DNA from: Promethearchaeota archaeon
GTDB taxonomy: Archaea; Asgardarchaeota; Thorarchaeia; Thorarchaeales; Thorarchaeaceae
Length of the DNA stretch: 64,000 nt
Assembly (NCBI GenBank): GCA_014728035.1
Contig: WJMJ01000071.1
Span: 64,001 to 128,000 of the forward strand
Direction of reading: 5' to 3'
Shown: positions 47,822 through 56,473 of the stretch, piece by piece
How positions within the stretch are numbered: position 1 is the stretch's first letter
Layout of the letters: every line of letters begins with the position of its first letter
Notes under the pieces: generated by a model
Seen by the model: only the letters and a program-made list of their open reading frames with translations
The model's database searches: none
Told to the model about the DNA's origin: nothing
Made by a program: the position numbers and the translations under genes

Positions 47822-49714
47822 ATGAAGTATGGTGGATACGCTGGAAAAATCCTCCGCGTGCAATTGGATAATAATGACTTTATGATTGAATCCGTTCCAT
47901 CAGACTGGATTAGAGACTATATTGGTGGAGATGGATTTGCAGCTCGTTTAATGTTTGCAGAAGTTCCTGCAAGATGCGAACCTTTAGGTCCAAAAAATAA
48001 ATTGATTATCGGTACTGGACCTATAACAGGTACCCTCTGGCCAATGAGCGGGAGAACTGTATTCGTATCAAAGTCACCTCAGACGGGAATCTGGGGAGAA
48101 AGCCATGTGGGAGGTTTCCTCGGTGCAGAACTCAAATATGCTGGTTATGATATGCTGGTTATTGAAGGTCGTTCAGAGAAACCAGTCTACATATTCATCA
48201 ATGACTCTGATTTACATCTAATAGAGGCCAAAGATAAATGGGGTATGAAAACAAATGAGGTATCAGCAGCGATTCGTCGAGATCATCGAGACCCAGATAT
48301 CCAAGTAGGTGCGATAGGACCTGCTGGTGAAAAGCTCGTGAAATTTTCGTCTGTCATTATCAATAATGCTCGAGCAGCTGGAAGAACCGGAATGGGTGCT
48401 GTTCTTGGTTCAAAGAACGTCAAAGCGATAGCTATTCGTGGTCATGGTGGGATTGATGTACATGATCATGACGGATTTGTGGAGTTTGCTAAGGAAGCCC
48501 ATCAGCGAGTTAGAACTAACCCACAAGCTCAGGAAATGGGTAAGTGGGGTACATGGAGTCTCACAGCGGTAAAGCAAGAAATTGGTGAGCTTCCAACAAG
48601 AAATCATCAGACTGGTGTTTTTGAAGGTTGGGAGAAACTTTCTGGTGAATATATCCGTCCACGATTTACAATATCTGATCGTGCTTGTTTCGGATGTAGC
48701 CTTGGGTGCAAAAAAGTCAATCTCATTTCTGATGGTCCATTTAGAGGTACTCTTGAAGAAGGACCTGAATATGAAGGTCTTATGTCCTTTGGGAGCCTAC
48801 TTGGTATTGATGACTATCCAACTACCTTGAAAGCAAATCAGATTTGCAATAGATATGGAATGGATATCATATCAGCTGGAGCGACAATCGCTTTTGCAAT
48901 GGAACTATTCGAAAAAGGTATAATTGACACCGAGGATACTGATGGCATCGATTTGAGCTGGGGAAATCGTGAGAGTACAATCAAGATACTTGAGAACATT
49001 GGAGCTCGAATTGGGTTCGGTGATTTACTCGCAGAGGGAACAAGGATTGCAGCCAAGAAAATTGGTAATGGTGCTGATGAATTTGCTATCCATGTTAAGG
49101 GACTAGAAGTTTCAGGACAAGATGGCCGTACACACCGTAGCATTGGATTATCTCATGCAACTGGAGCGAGAGGTGCAGATCATCTTAGAAGCTTAGTTGT
49201 CGTCGATCAATTGGGATACGAGGATGTTGCTGTAGATCGTTGGGGTGAACATACCCTGCCTGAGATTCTCAATCCTTATGTAGAAAAATACAAAGCAAAT
49301 GCAGTTGTTGAGACTGAGAATGCATACTGCATTCGTGACACATTGATTGTTTGTTGGTATTCTGTGTCATGGCCCCCTATTTTCTGGATGAAGGACTTTG
49401 CAAAAATGTTACCACTTGCAACTGGAATAAAATATCTTGGTGATGAGAAAAACCTGACACTGATTGCTGAACGCCAAGTTGCTTTGAAACGATTATTCAA
49501 TGCGCGAGAAGGCATAACACGGAAAGATGACAAACTACCAAAACGATTCACACATGAAGCTATGCCGGAAGGGCCAGGAAAGGGCCAGACTGTGGATCTG
49601 GAACCAATGTTAGATGACTACTATCGTCTCAGAGGTTGGAACCGTGAAAGTGGGCTACCAACAGATGAAACACTGCGTCGCTTATCACTGAACTGGACAA
49701 GATTAAACGAATAA
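47822..49714 (+). CDS. aor: Tungsten-containing aldehyde:ferredoxin oxidoreductase family protein
   Basis: KSPQTG, IGPAGE, AGRTGMGAVLGSKN, CFGCSLGC, GPEYE, GMDIIS, RGADH, YYRLRGW. Confidence 0.95.
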   Translation: MKYGGYAGKILRVQLDNNDFMIESVPSDWIRDYIGGDGFAARLMFAEVPARCEPLGPKNKLIIGTGPITGTLWPMSGRTVFVSKSPQTGIWGESHVGGFLGAELKYAGYDMLVIEGRSEKPVYIFINDSDLHLIEAKDKWGMKTNEVSAAIRRDHRDPDIQVGAIGPAGEKLVKFSSVIINNARAAGRTGMGAVLGSKNVKAIAIRGHGGIDVHDHDGFVEFAKEAHQRVRTNPQAQEMGKWGTWSLTAVKQEIGELPTRNHQTGVFEGWEKLSGEYIRPRFTISDRACFGCSLGCKKVNLISDGPFRGTLEEGPEYEGLMSFGSLLGIDDYPTTLKANQICNRYGMDIISAGATIAFAMELFEKGIIDTEDTDGIDLSWGNRESTIKILENIGARIGFGDLLAEGTRIAAKKIGNGADEFAIHVKGLEVSGQDGRTHRSIGLSHATGARGADHLRSLVVVDQLGYEDVAVDRWGEHTLPEILNPYVEKYKANAVVETENAYCIRDTLIVCWYSVSWPPIFWMKDFAKMLPLATGIKYLGDEKNLTLIAERQVALKRLFNAREGITRKDDKLPKRFTHEAMPEGPGKGQTVDLEPMLDDYYRLRGWNRESGLPTDETLRRLSLNWTRLNE

Positions 49715-49728
49715 TGTTAGAATTATCC

Positions 49729-50706
49729 CTACATTCTAACATAGTCTACTCTATGAGTTGCACCACAGCTTGGACATTGATATTGATCTGGGCCAACCCA
49801 ATCAATTTGTTCCCATGAGAGTGGTGCATTGCAGTTTGTGCATCTATCTTTGATAACTGGTTTGACAAATACTGTATGATCTCCTTTACTTCCGGAAGCT
49901 ACTTCCATATCTTCTCTTGTTTCAGTAGCAACAAATTGTCGGTCTATTGATGCAGTGTCACTCACAGAATATTGAGATAGTGGATGTCGTGCCTGAATGA
50001 ATTGAAAGGGTCTTATTAGCCAATCAAGATGTTCTTCAGGAAGTGTATCCCATGCTCTCATCTGCCAAACTCTAAGCATATGATCTTGTCTAGGTACTTT
50101 TCCTTTGATTTCGAATTTTCCAGTAGAAGCTTTAATTTTGATTTTGTTCCCCTTTGCTTCAAAGGTTTGGACCATATGTAGAGGAAAAATGTAGAGTTTC
50201 TTTCTTTTACTATCCTTCTGATAAAGGCGGTAATTGGTTAGAATAAATGAGCCTGGAAAGTAAGTGAAAATCTCCTCCCCTCGAATCCAAGCATAATTAT
50301 CATAGAAATGCTTTGAAAAAGGTCGATGATATCCTATTGTTGACCAATTACCATACGGATAATTTGGATGAACGAATGACAGCCCTGACATCTCACAAAG
50401 TTTCCTCTGGTCTCCAACACGCAACCTTTCAAATTCTCTTAGTCCTAAAGCACCTCTCAGAGCTTCTTTGGGTGGCATTGCGCCAATCACATTGATTATT
50501 CCATTTACAATTTTGAACATACCCGAACGAGAAGTAAGCTTGTATTCTCTAATAGCATATAGTGGGATTCCGACAGATGATTCTGACCCACGATCTCTCT
50601 GGAGAAATCTGTAATTGGTAATTATATGTTCATCTCTTTCTAAGAGAATACGTTCTCCTTGTATTGGAATTAAGACTAAGTTGCTCACTGTAGGTACCTC
50701 TTTCAC
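49729..50706 (-). CDS. Tandem PH-like (GRAM/GLUE/bPH-type) domain protein with C-terminal Zn ribbon
   Basis: Repeats GERIL...IITNYRF...IPL and GEEIF...ILTNYRL...FPL; CTNC...CPSC. Confidence 0.65.
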   Translation of the reverse strand: MKEVPTVSNLVLIPIQGERILLERDEHIITNYRFLQRDRGSESSVGIPLYAIREYKLTSRSGMFKIVNGIINVIGAMPPKEALRGALGLREFERLRVGDQRKLCEMSGLSFVHPNYPYGNWSTIGYHRPFSKHFYDNYAWIRGEEIFTYFPGSFILTNYRLYQKDSKRKKLYIFPLHMVQTFEAKGNKIKIKASTGKFEIKGKVPRQDHMLRVWQMRAWDTLPEEHLDWLIRPFQFIQARHPLSQYSVSDTASIDRQFVATETREDMEVASGSKGDHTVFVKPVIKDRCTNCNAPLSWEQIDWVGPDQYQCPSCGATHRVDYVRM

Positions 50707-50771
50707 ACAGCATTCTATTAATCTTCAGATTTCTAAGGTATTAAATTTGCTCTTACAATCTCTTTGTCTTA

Positions 50772-50984
50772 TCATCTCTTAGGAATTGACAGGTATAGAA
50801 TGTCATCATAGCTTAGGATACCAAATCCTGACTCATTCTCGAGTTTTACATGGTCCTGAAAAATTTCAGAAACTCTCACATCGCGAATCTTTGCTAGAGT
50901 ATCTTTCTGCATATATCTTAGATATATGGTAAAAACTTGTCCGGATTGTTTAAGTTCGGATAAAATTTGGTTCCAGTTTGTCAT
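50772..50984 (-). CDS. Small Sm/Hfq-like beta-barrel protein (tentative)
   Basis: 70 aa: N-helix, VFTIYL, V.EIFQDHVKL, ILSYDDILYLSI. Confidence 0.5.
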   Translation of the reverse strand: MTNWNQILSELKQSGQVFTIYLRYMQKDTLAKIRDVRVSEIFQDHVKLENESGFGILSYDDILYLSIPKR

Positions 50985-51051
50985 TGAATATTTCCCCTAG
51001 TTGTTGCTGAATGAAAAGATTAGACGCATTTAATATTTCCTTAGTCTGTAT

Positions 51052-51516
51052 CTATTGCTCTACTTGAACCACTTTCCCATCGGTAGAAAGATTGCCTTGT
51101 AGTCCTGGAAGCATTTTTGAAATATCTGAAACCGTATCTGAATTTCCTATGTGTTTGTAGAGGTGCGCATAACATCCACTTTTACAGTCAGAAGAACCGA
51201 ATCCCTTTATTGCTCTCTCAAATTTATTAGATTTATCCATTTCTTGAGCTAGTTCACACTCCCTCCTGTTAGATGATTCTGCATACCATGCTTTGACTGA
51301 TTTGGCCATCGCAACAAGATAGTCTATATGCCAGTGTATTGTTTTACTCTCAGAAAAATGTCGTTTGAGTCTATTTTCCAGACTGGTAGAACCCTGCCCC
51401 ATGGCAGAACCTGAATATACATAGATTCCTGGTGTAAAACAGACTTTTCCAAGTCTTCCAATCGTTAATTCCAACTTTTTTTCTATTTTTATGATAATGG
51501 CATATACTCCCTTCAT
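51052..51516 (-). CDS. GIY-YIG nuclease family protein (DUF123)
   Basis: KGVY, GIYVYSGSA, RLKRH, HWHIDYL, ECELA, GFGSSDC.C..HL. Confidence 0.9.
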   Translation of the reverse strand: MKGVYAIIIKIEKKLELTIGRLGKVCFTPGIYVYSGSAMGQGSTSLENRLKRHFSESKTIHWHIDYLVAMAKSVKAWYAESSNRRECELAQEMDKSNKFERAIKGFGSSDCKSGCYAHLYKHIGNSDTVSDISKMLPGLQGNLSTDGKVVQVEQ

Positions 51517-51565
51517 ACTAGCGAACTCCTTTGAAAAATTCGCAAGTCCTAGTCCTCACATCTCA

Positions 51566-52585
51566 TCATGAACTTTCTCTTAATATTTTATTGATAAACG
51601 CCAGTGCTTGCCCAGTGGATAGAATCCCAGCTTGAAGTTCACGCAATACTCTAAAGATTGAAGCTTCAACCATTCCGAATCGTTTTTGGTGTGCACTTTT
51701 CACAACGTGACATCCGAAGCCCTTTGATCCAATGAAATCATATGGACTGCATATTTGTCTGGTGTCATGTTTGGTTAACGATAAAGCTGCTGGTAGATTA
51801 ATAATCAGAATTTCTTGGTCAATTATGATAGATTGTCTTCCTGTGGGCAACATTTCACCAGTTATCAACGTAGAAAGCCCATTTTCCTTCGCTGTTTCTC
51901 TTGCTTTTTTCATTATGATTTCATGGCAGTGATTACATGGATGCATCTGACCAGTTGCAGCTTTTTCTAATATAGTATCCATTAGATTTGACGAGTCCAC
52001 ATATTTCAACGGGATTCCCATCTCATCGCACCATTTTATTATCCATTCTTTGATATGGGGCGCTAAAAATCGAACACCTGGGTCTACTGTTATTGCAGTA
52101 GGCTTCAACCAAATTCGTTGGGCTAATATCAAACTTGCTCCACTATCTACTCCTCCTGAGAAAGATACACCGACATTCACAGAGGATTCTGGTACAAATA
52201 TTTCTTTATCGAAATTATTTAACTCGTTTTGTAAATATCTGAGCAATGTTTTCAATACTTGATATTGGTTCCCTTGAACAAGATGAAGCAGTTCCTCAAT
52301 TCGCTCTTTTGTTAGCTCTAGTCTATGGTTTCTGAGAAGTATTTCATCTTGTCCGTAAATTGAAATATGTCTGTCAAGTCGTTTTGCGAATTCAGCAACA
52401 ATTCTTCCTCGTGGCCCCACGAAGAGACTTTTTTCAGATCTATCCGATGTTACTATATGCAAGTTTCCTTCTATATCATCATGGACATCGATGATTTTTG
52501 GCGTAACTCCTCTTGTCAGATTCAACTCTTTTCTGACTTGTTTCAGCATTTCAAGGACTGCATTAGCATCCAATTCTTTCACCAT
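51566..52585 (-). CDS. Archaeal KH-domain plus PP-loop ATPase
   Basis: DRSEKSLFVGPRG (KH), SFSGGVDS (PP-loop), HPCNHC, NLPAAL, FGC. Confidence 0.85.
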   Translation of the reverse strand: MVKELDANAVLEMLKQVRKELNLTRGVTPKIIDVHDDIEGNLHIVTSDRSEKSLFVGPRGRIVAEFAKRLDRHISIYGQDEILLRNHRLELTKERIEELLHLVQGNQYQVLKTLLRYLQNELNNFDKEIFVPESSVNVGVSFSGGVDSGASLILAQRIWLKPTAITVDPGVRFLAPHIKEWIIKWCDEMGIPLKYVDSSNLMDTILEKAATGQMHPCNHCHEIIMKKARETAKENGLSTLITGEMLPTGRQSIIIDQEILIINLPAALSLTKHDTRQICSPYDFIGSKGFGCHVVKSAHQKRFGMVEASIFRVLRELQAGILSTGQALAFINKILRESS

Positions 52586-52652
52586 TCATCTGTTTGTAGT
52601 GTAGGCGATATTGTCATAAGTATTGAGTTAAATCCATTAGATGCATATGTCA

Positions 52653-53591
52653 ATGTCAGAAATTCATCCGGGGTTAGTTAGAGTTCGTGGAAAGTATGTA
52701 GAAGACTTTGGATATTTGACAAGTTACATTATTTATTCCAATGATGAAGCGGTTATCATTGATCCTGGAACTGCTGGAGACCCTGGAGATGAAATTATCG
52801 AAGCTCTCAAAAAGTTGGGATTGAACCCGAAAAGCGATGTTATTGCAATTCTTTGTACACATGGACATCCTGACCATGTTGGTGGGGTAGGGGTGCTTCA
52901 AAGGAAAACGAGTGCATCTATTATGATTCATGAGGGAGATGCAATGCTTCTTCGTGAACCAAGCCTGTTTGTTAAGGAACGTCTACGTCTTGATTTTGCA
53001 GGGCGGTTTTCGATGAAATTGGAAAAGGGTCCTTTAAGGGTAAATTACAAATCTATAGAACCCGATCATATTCTTCGTGATGATGAAGTGATATCGGTAG
53101 GAGATACAAGGCTCAGAGTAATCCATACAGGAGGTCACTCTGCTGGACATTGTGTGTTCTACGAACCACAAAACAAGGTATTATTTTCTGGAGATTGTGT
53201 GAACAATTTTCCCAATGATCCTAGGAAATTCTATCTTGATTTGAGTGGTGATATCGCAGATCGTGCTAGAGCTTTGGATATGATATCTCAGATGGATGTT
53301 GAATACCTTCTACCTGCTCATGACATCCCTCATTTATTTGGTGATATTTCTTTACAAGTTAGAGAAGCCAGAATTGGTATTAACCACTTTCAAGATACTG
53401 TTCTGAGATTACTCAAAGCGAGGGGTGACTCAGATATTCAACAGTTAGTTTACGACATTGAAGTTTCAAAAAGCATTCCTATCCCAGAAGCTCTTGATGC
53501 ACTATTACCTACTACACTTGAGGTAACTCTATCCAGTTTGGAAAAAGCAGGACTCGTAAGGCAGAAAGATGGTATATGGTATTCCATTTAG
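52653..53591 (+). CDS. Metallo-beta-lactamase-fold hydrolase with C-terminal wHTH
   Basis: IDPG, THGHPDHVGG, GGHSAGH, FSGD, LPAH; LSSLEKAGLV at the C-terminus. Confidence 0.92.
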   Translation: MSEIHPGLVRVRGKYVEDFGYLTSYIIYSNDEAVIIDPGTAGDPGDEIIEALKKLGLNPKSDVIAILCTHGHPDHVGGVGVLQRKTSASIMIHEGDAMLLREPSLFVKERLRLDFAGRFSMKLEKGPLRVNYKSIEPDHILRDDEVISVGDTRLRVIHTGGHSAGHCVFYEPQNKVLFSGDCVNNFPNDPRKFYLDLSGDIADRARALDMISQMDVEYLLPAHDIPHLFGDISLQVREARIGINHFQDTVLRLLKARGDSDIQQLVYDIEVSKSIPIPEALDALLPTTLEVTLSSLEKAGLVRQKDGIWYSI

Positions 53592-53719
53592 TGGAAAACT
53601 CGCGTTCGACCCAGCTAAGTTCAAAAGACAGGCTTCCAATATGTTTCTGGGACCAATTGATGTGGAATTGGAAATTCCCAAATTAAATAACTAATATTCC
53701 TCAAATTGGAGGTTTGAAT

Positions 53720-56473
53720 ATGGCACGAGCTGAAAAAAGTAAAATTCAGACTCCAAGTACAGTTGAAGCAATTCGAATGGCATCAGCTTCAGTACTGGGT
53801 TCTACAACAAGTCAAGGATTTCCTCTGGGCAGCGCTATTGGATCAGGCAGTATGATGCAGCAAAATTCCGATAGTGTCGCATTGAATATCACTCCGCTAA
53901 TCTTTCTAATTCGTGATGGTGTTCTAAATTCAGAAGGATTAGAATTACTATCAGTCGAGTGGGATTTAGACCATGTGCCAGGGCCTGATGTTCTACCAGA
54001 ACAGCTTATAATTTCTGGAGGGCAATCTGAAGGGGTTGGGTCACATGTCTGTGTGCTTAGTTGGGAGAAAGGTGTAGTTGACCCATTCAAAATTGATGAC
54101 CATATGAAAAGGCTAGCTAAGAAGATTTCAGATATTGAACAAGCAATAGTTGAAAATGATGTGAGTTATGATACAGATGGTCTAACCGTGTTACGTCGAT
54201 TCAATGACAGACTAAATAATGTCATTTATGTTCAAATGATGGACAGGCAATTTCAAGGCTCGTGGGACTCGTTAATTCTGAAACCTGAACATGTTGATAA
54301 TGAGGCCATAATCAAACTAAGCTATATTGACGATTTTACAATGCTTCCCCCTGGTCCTAAAATTGTGAAGCGTCTGTCTCATGAACTTCTACTCCCTACT
54401 GGTTCTGAAGAAGAGATTATTGAACACTTTAGACACCGAATCCTTACTCCTACTGCAATTCACACTTTAGCACAGAAAGTTCCAGAAATTGGAAGAGCAA
54501 TCTTGAGTGAAGTCAACACTTATGCTTATAGTGCTGAGGAAGTTGATATCGCACGAGTAGCAATCGAATCCCTTAGTGATTTCATAGGCACTAGTGTAGT
54601 CACAGTTGATGCCCTCCAGGATTTACGAACAAAGGCATCAGATTTTGTGAACCATCTAGTGAATGCAGTCGATGTTTTTTCAGAACTAGTAGAAGCTCAT
54701 ATCACCTCAGGAAAACAGCTTACTTTAGATGAACACAAAGAGACTTTATTGGAAGACATTCGTCTTAGTGGACATCGCCTTGAGGGCATTGAGAAGAATT
54801 TGGCAAATGGTTTGGCTGAGGAAATTGTCGAGTCTGCAAAACGTGAGATGCCAATCATTGGTAAGATTCGAGCTTGGCAATTAAAGAGTATCTTCCGATA
54901 CTTCTTGGCATATTGTAAAAGAATATCTCAGTACTTTGCAGAAGAATTATCTCAATATATTGTTGTAACTGCAGCTCGAAAGGTATTCTTGGCTGCAATG
55001 CAAGAGTTCCGTTCTGAAAACACTGATGAAAAAACCGATGAAATGAGTGCTATGCTCTTTGAGAAATTCTACGGTGAACTTTTCCTTCAGCTAAATGCAG
55101 TGTTTGATAGGAAGGCATTCGAAGGATCCCGCGAGAGTGATTTTGCTGTCTTAATGCAGATTATTGCGAAAGATATGTCGGAAGCATTCAAGGATATTGA
55201 TATCTGGTCATTGATAAAATTCTCAGATATTGCAAAAATAACTCGTGCGGAAATAGTTCTAACCCATGCAGAAAACCCTGAATCTGAGGAAATTGTTCTT
55301 TCGGATTGGGGCCAAAAACTTGAAGCCCTCTTGACAAAGTTTGAAACACTGGTAGCTGACGTCATACCGGATATTGCAGATACCCTTCTTTCTAAACCTC
55401 TGATTCGAAGAATCATCTTGAAGATAAGAAATGAAGATGCGACTCTTGTACAAGAGTTAATGGCGATACTTGATGATCAAAAGGAGAAACCTGAGGAATG
55501 GATCGAAGAAGCATGGATGTGGATTGAAACGCTCAACTCTCAATTCGATGATGAAACTCCGCTTTCCAAACAACTGATGGATTTCCAGCGATTTGTACAT
55601 AATAAAGTTGGTGAAGGTGTTACTGCAAGAGCAATAGCTGGTAAGGTTGAACATGAGGCGAATGTTCGGGAACAGGCATATCAGGCTGAAGTTGATGCTT
55701 GGCAAGCAGAATGTGATCGAATTGAGGAGATTAACAAACCGATTCGAGAACACAATGCTAGAAGAGCAGAGCTTCTCTCAGATACACGTGCAAGATACAG
55801 TGCTGAAAAGAAAACCTACCAGGAACAACTGGAAAAGTATGAAAAAGACAAGTCTGCCTATGATAAAGCATATGAAGAGTACAGATGGAAACTTGCTCAA
55901 CATCAAGACGTAAAACGAAAATATGAAGAATTACTTGAATTATCCAAGACGGACCCTACTACTGAAGTTCCACCACCACCACCACCACCACCAAAAGAAC
56001 CTACTGAACTACCAAGAAAACCCGTGGAACCCCCTCCATTAGAACCTCGTCTCAGAGCAATAGAGGAGGATTATCCTTTGAAACAGGAACAACCACTACC
56101 TGAAAAACCTGAACCCTCTGAAGAAATGTTGCTCTATGTAGATCTTAGAGATTTACTAAACGAAAAACTTCTCAAAATGGACTCGCATCAAGATAAAATG
56201 GAATCACTTTTTGCTGAACGGTTGGATAAATTGGCAGCTGAGGGTACCAGCGCTACAAAGGGAATCAATATCAGCATTGGCGAGGAATTTTTGGAATTCA
56301 TGATGAACTCTGTAATGCGTGGTTTGGGACGTCTGTTACCAAGGCCCACAAGAGCATATTTGCGCGACCCCAAAGTTCCTGGATTGATCTACTTGGTGAC
56401 TTATGAGATTGAAGACTGTGAATTGACTGTGACGATTGGAAATAACTATCTGAAGATGGATGGAGGCAACTAA
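53720..56473 (+). CDS. Large hypothetical helical/coiled-coil protein with polyproline segment
   Basis: About 917 aa; GGAGG RBS; long heptad region followed by P8 and a Pro-rich linker. Confidence 0.8.
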   Translation: MARAEKSKIQTPSTVEAIRMASASVLGSTTSQGFPLGSAIGSGSMMQQNSDSVALNITPLIFLIRDGVLNSEGLELLSVEWDLDHVPGPDVLPEQLIISGGQSEGVGSHVCVLSWEKGVVDPFKIDDHMKRLAKKISDIEQAIVENDVSYDTDGLTVLRRFNDRLNNVIYVQMMDRQFQGSWDSLILKPEHVDNEAIIKLSYIDDFTMLPPGPKIVKRLSHELLLPTGSEEEIIEHFRHRILTPTAIHTLAQKVPEIGRAILSEVNTYAYSAEEVDIARVAIESLSDFIGTSVVTVDALQDLRTKASDFVNHLVNAVDVFSELVEAHITSGKQLTLDEHKETLLEDIRLSGHRLEGIEKNLANGLAEEIVESAKREMPIIGKIRAWQLKSIFRYFLAYCKRISQYFAEELSQYIVVTAARKVFLAAMQEFRSENTDEKTDEMSAMLFEKFYGELFLQLNAVFDRKAFEGSRESDFAVLMQIIAKDMSEAFKDIDIWSLIKFSDIAKITRAEIVLTHAENPESEEIVLSDWGQKLEALLTKFETLVADVIPDIADTLLSKPLIRRIILKIRNEDATLVQELMAILDDQKEKPEEWIEEAWMWIETLNSQFDDETPLSKQLMDFQRFVHNKVGEGVTARAIAGKVEHEANVREQAYQAEVDAWQAECDRIEEINKPIREHNARRAELLSDTRARYSAEKKTYQEQLEKYEKDKSAYDKAYEEYRWKLAQHQDVKRKYEELLELSKTDPTTEVPPPPPPPPKEPTELPRKPVEPPPLEPRLRAIEEDYPLKQEQPLPEKPEPSEEMLLYVDLRDLLNEKLLKMDSHQDKMESLFAERLDKLAAEGTSATKGINISIGEEFLEFMMNSVMRGLGRLLPRPTRAYLRDPKVPGLIYLVTYEIEDCELTVTIGNNYLKMDGGN
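55970..55993 (+). repeat. (CCA)8 trinucleotide repeat encoding poly-Pro
   Basis: Eight perfect CCA codons. Confidence 0.95.

Noticed and set aside
51052-51516. Homing endonuclease or mobile element
   Set aside because: DUF123-type GIY-YIG proteins are common stand-alone archaeal genes; there is no intron, intein, terminal repeat or target duplication around it.
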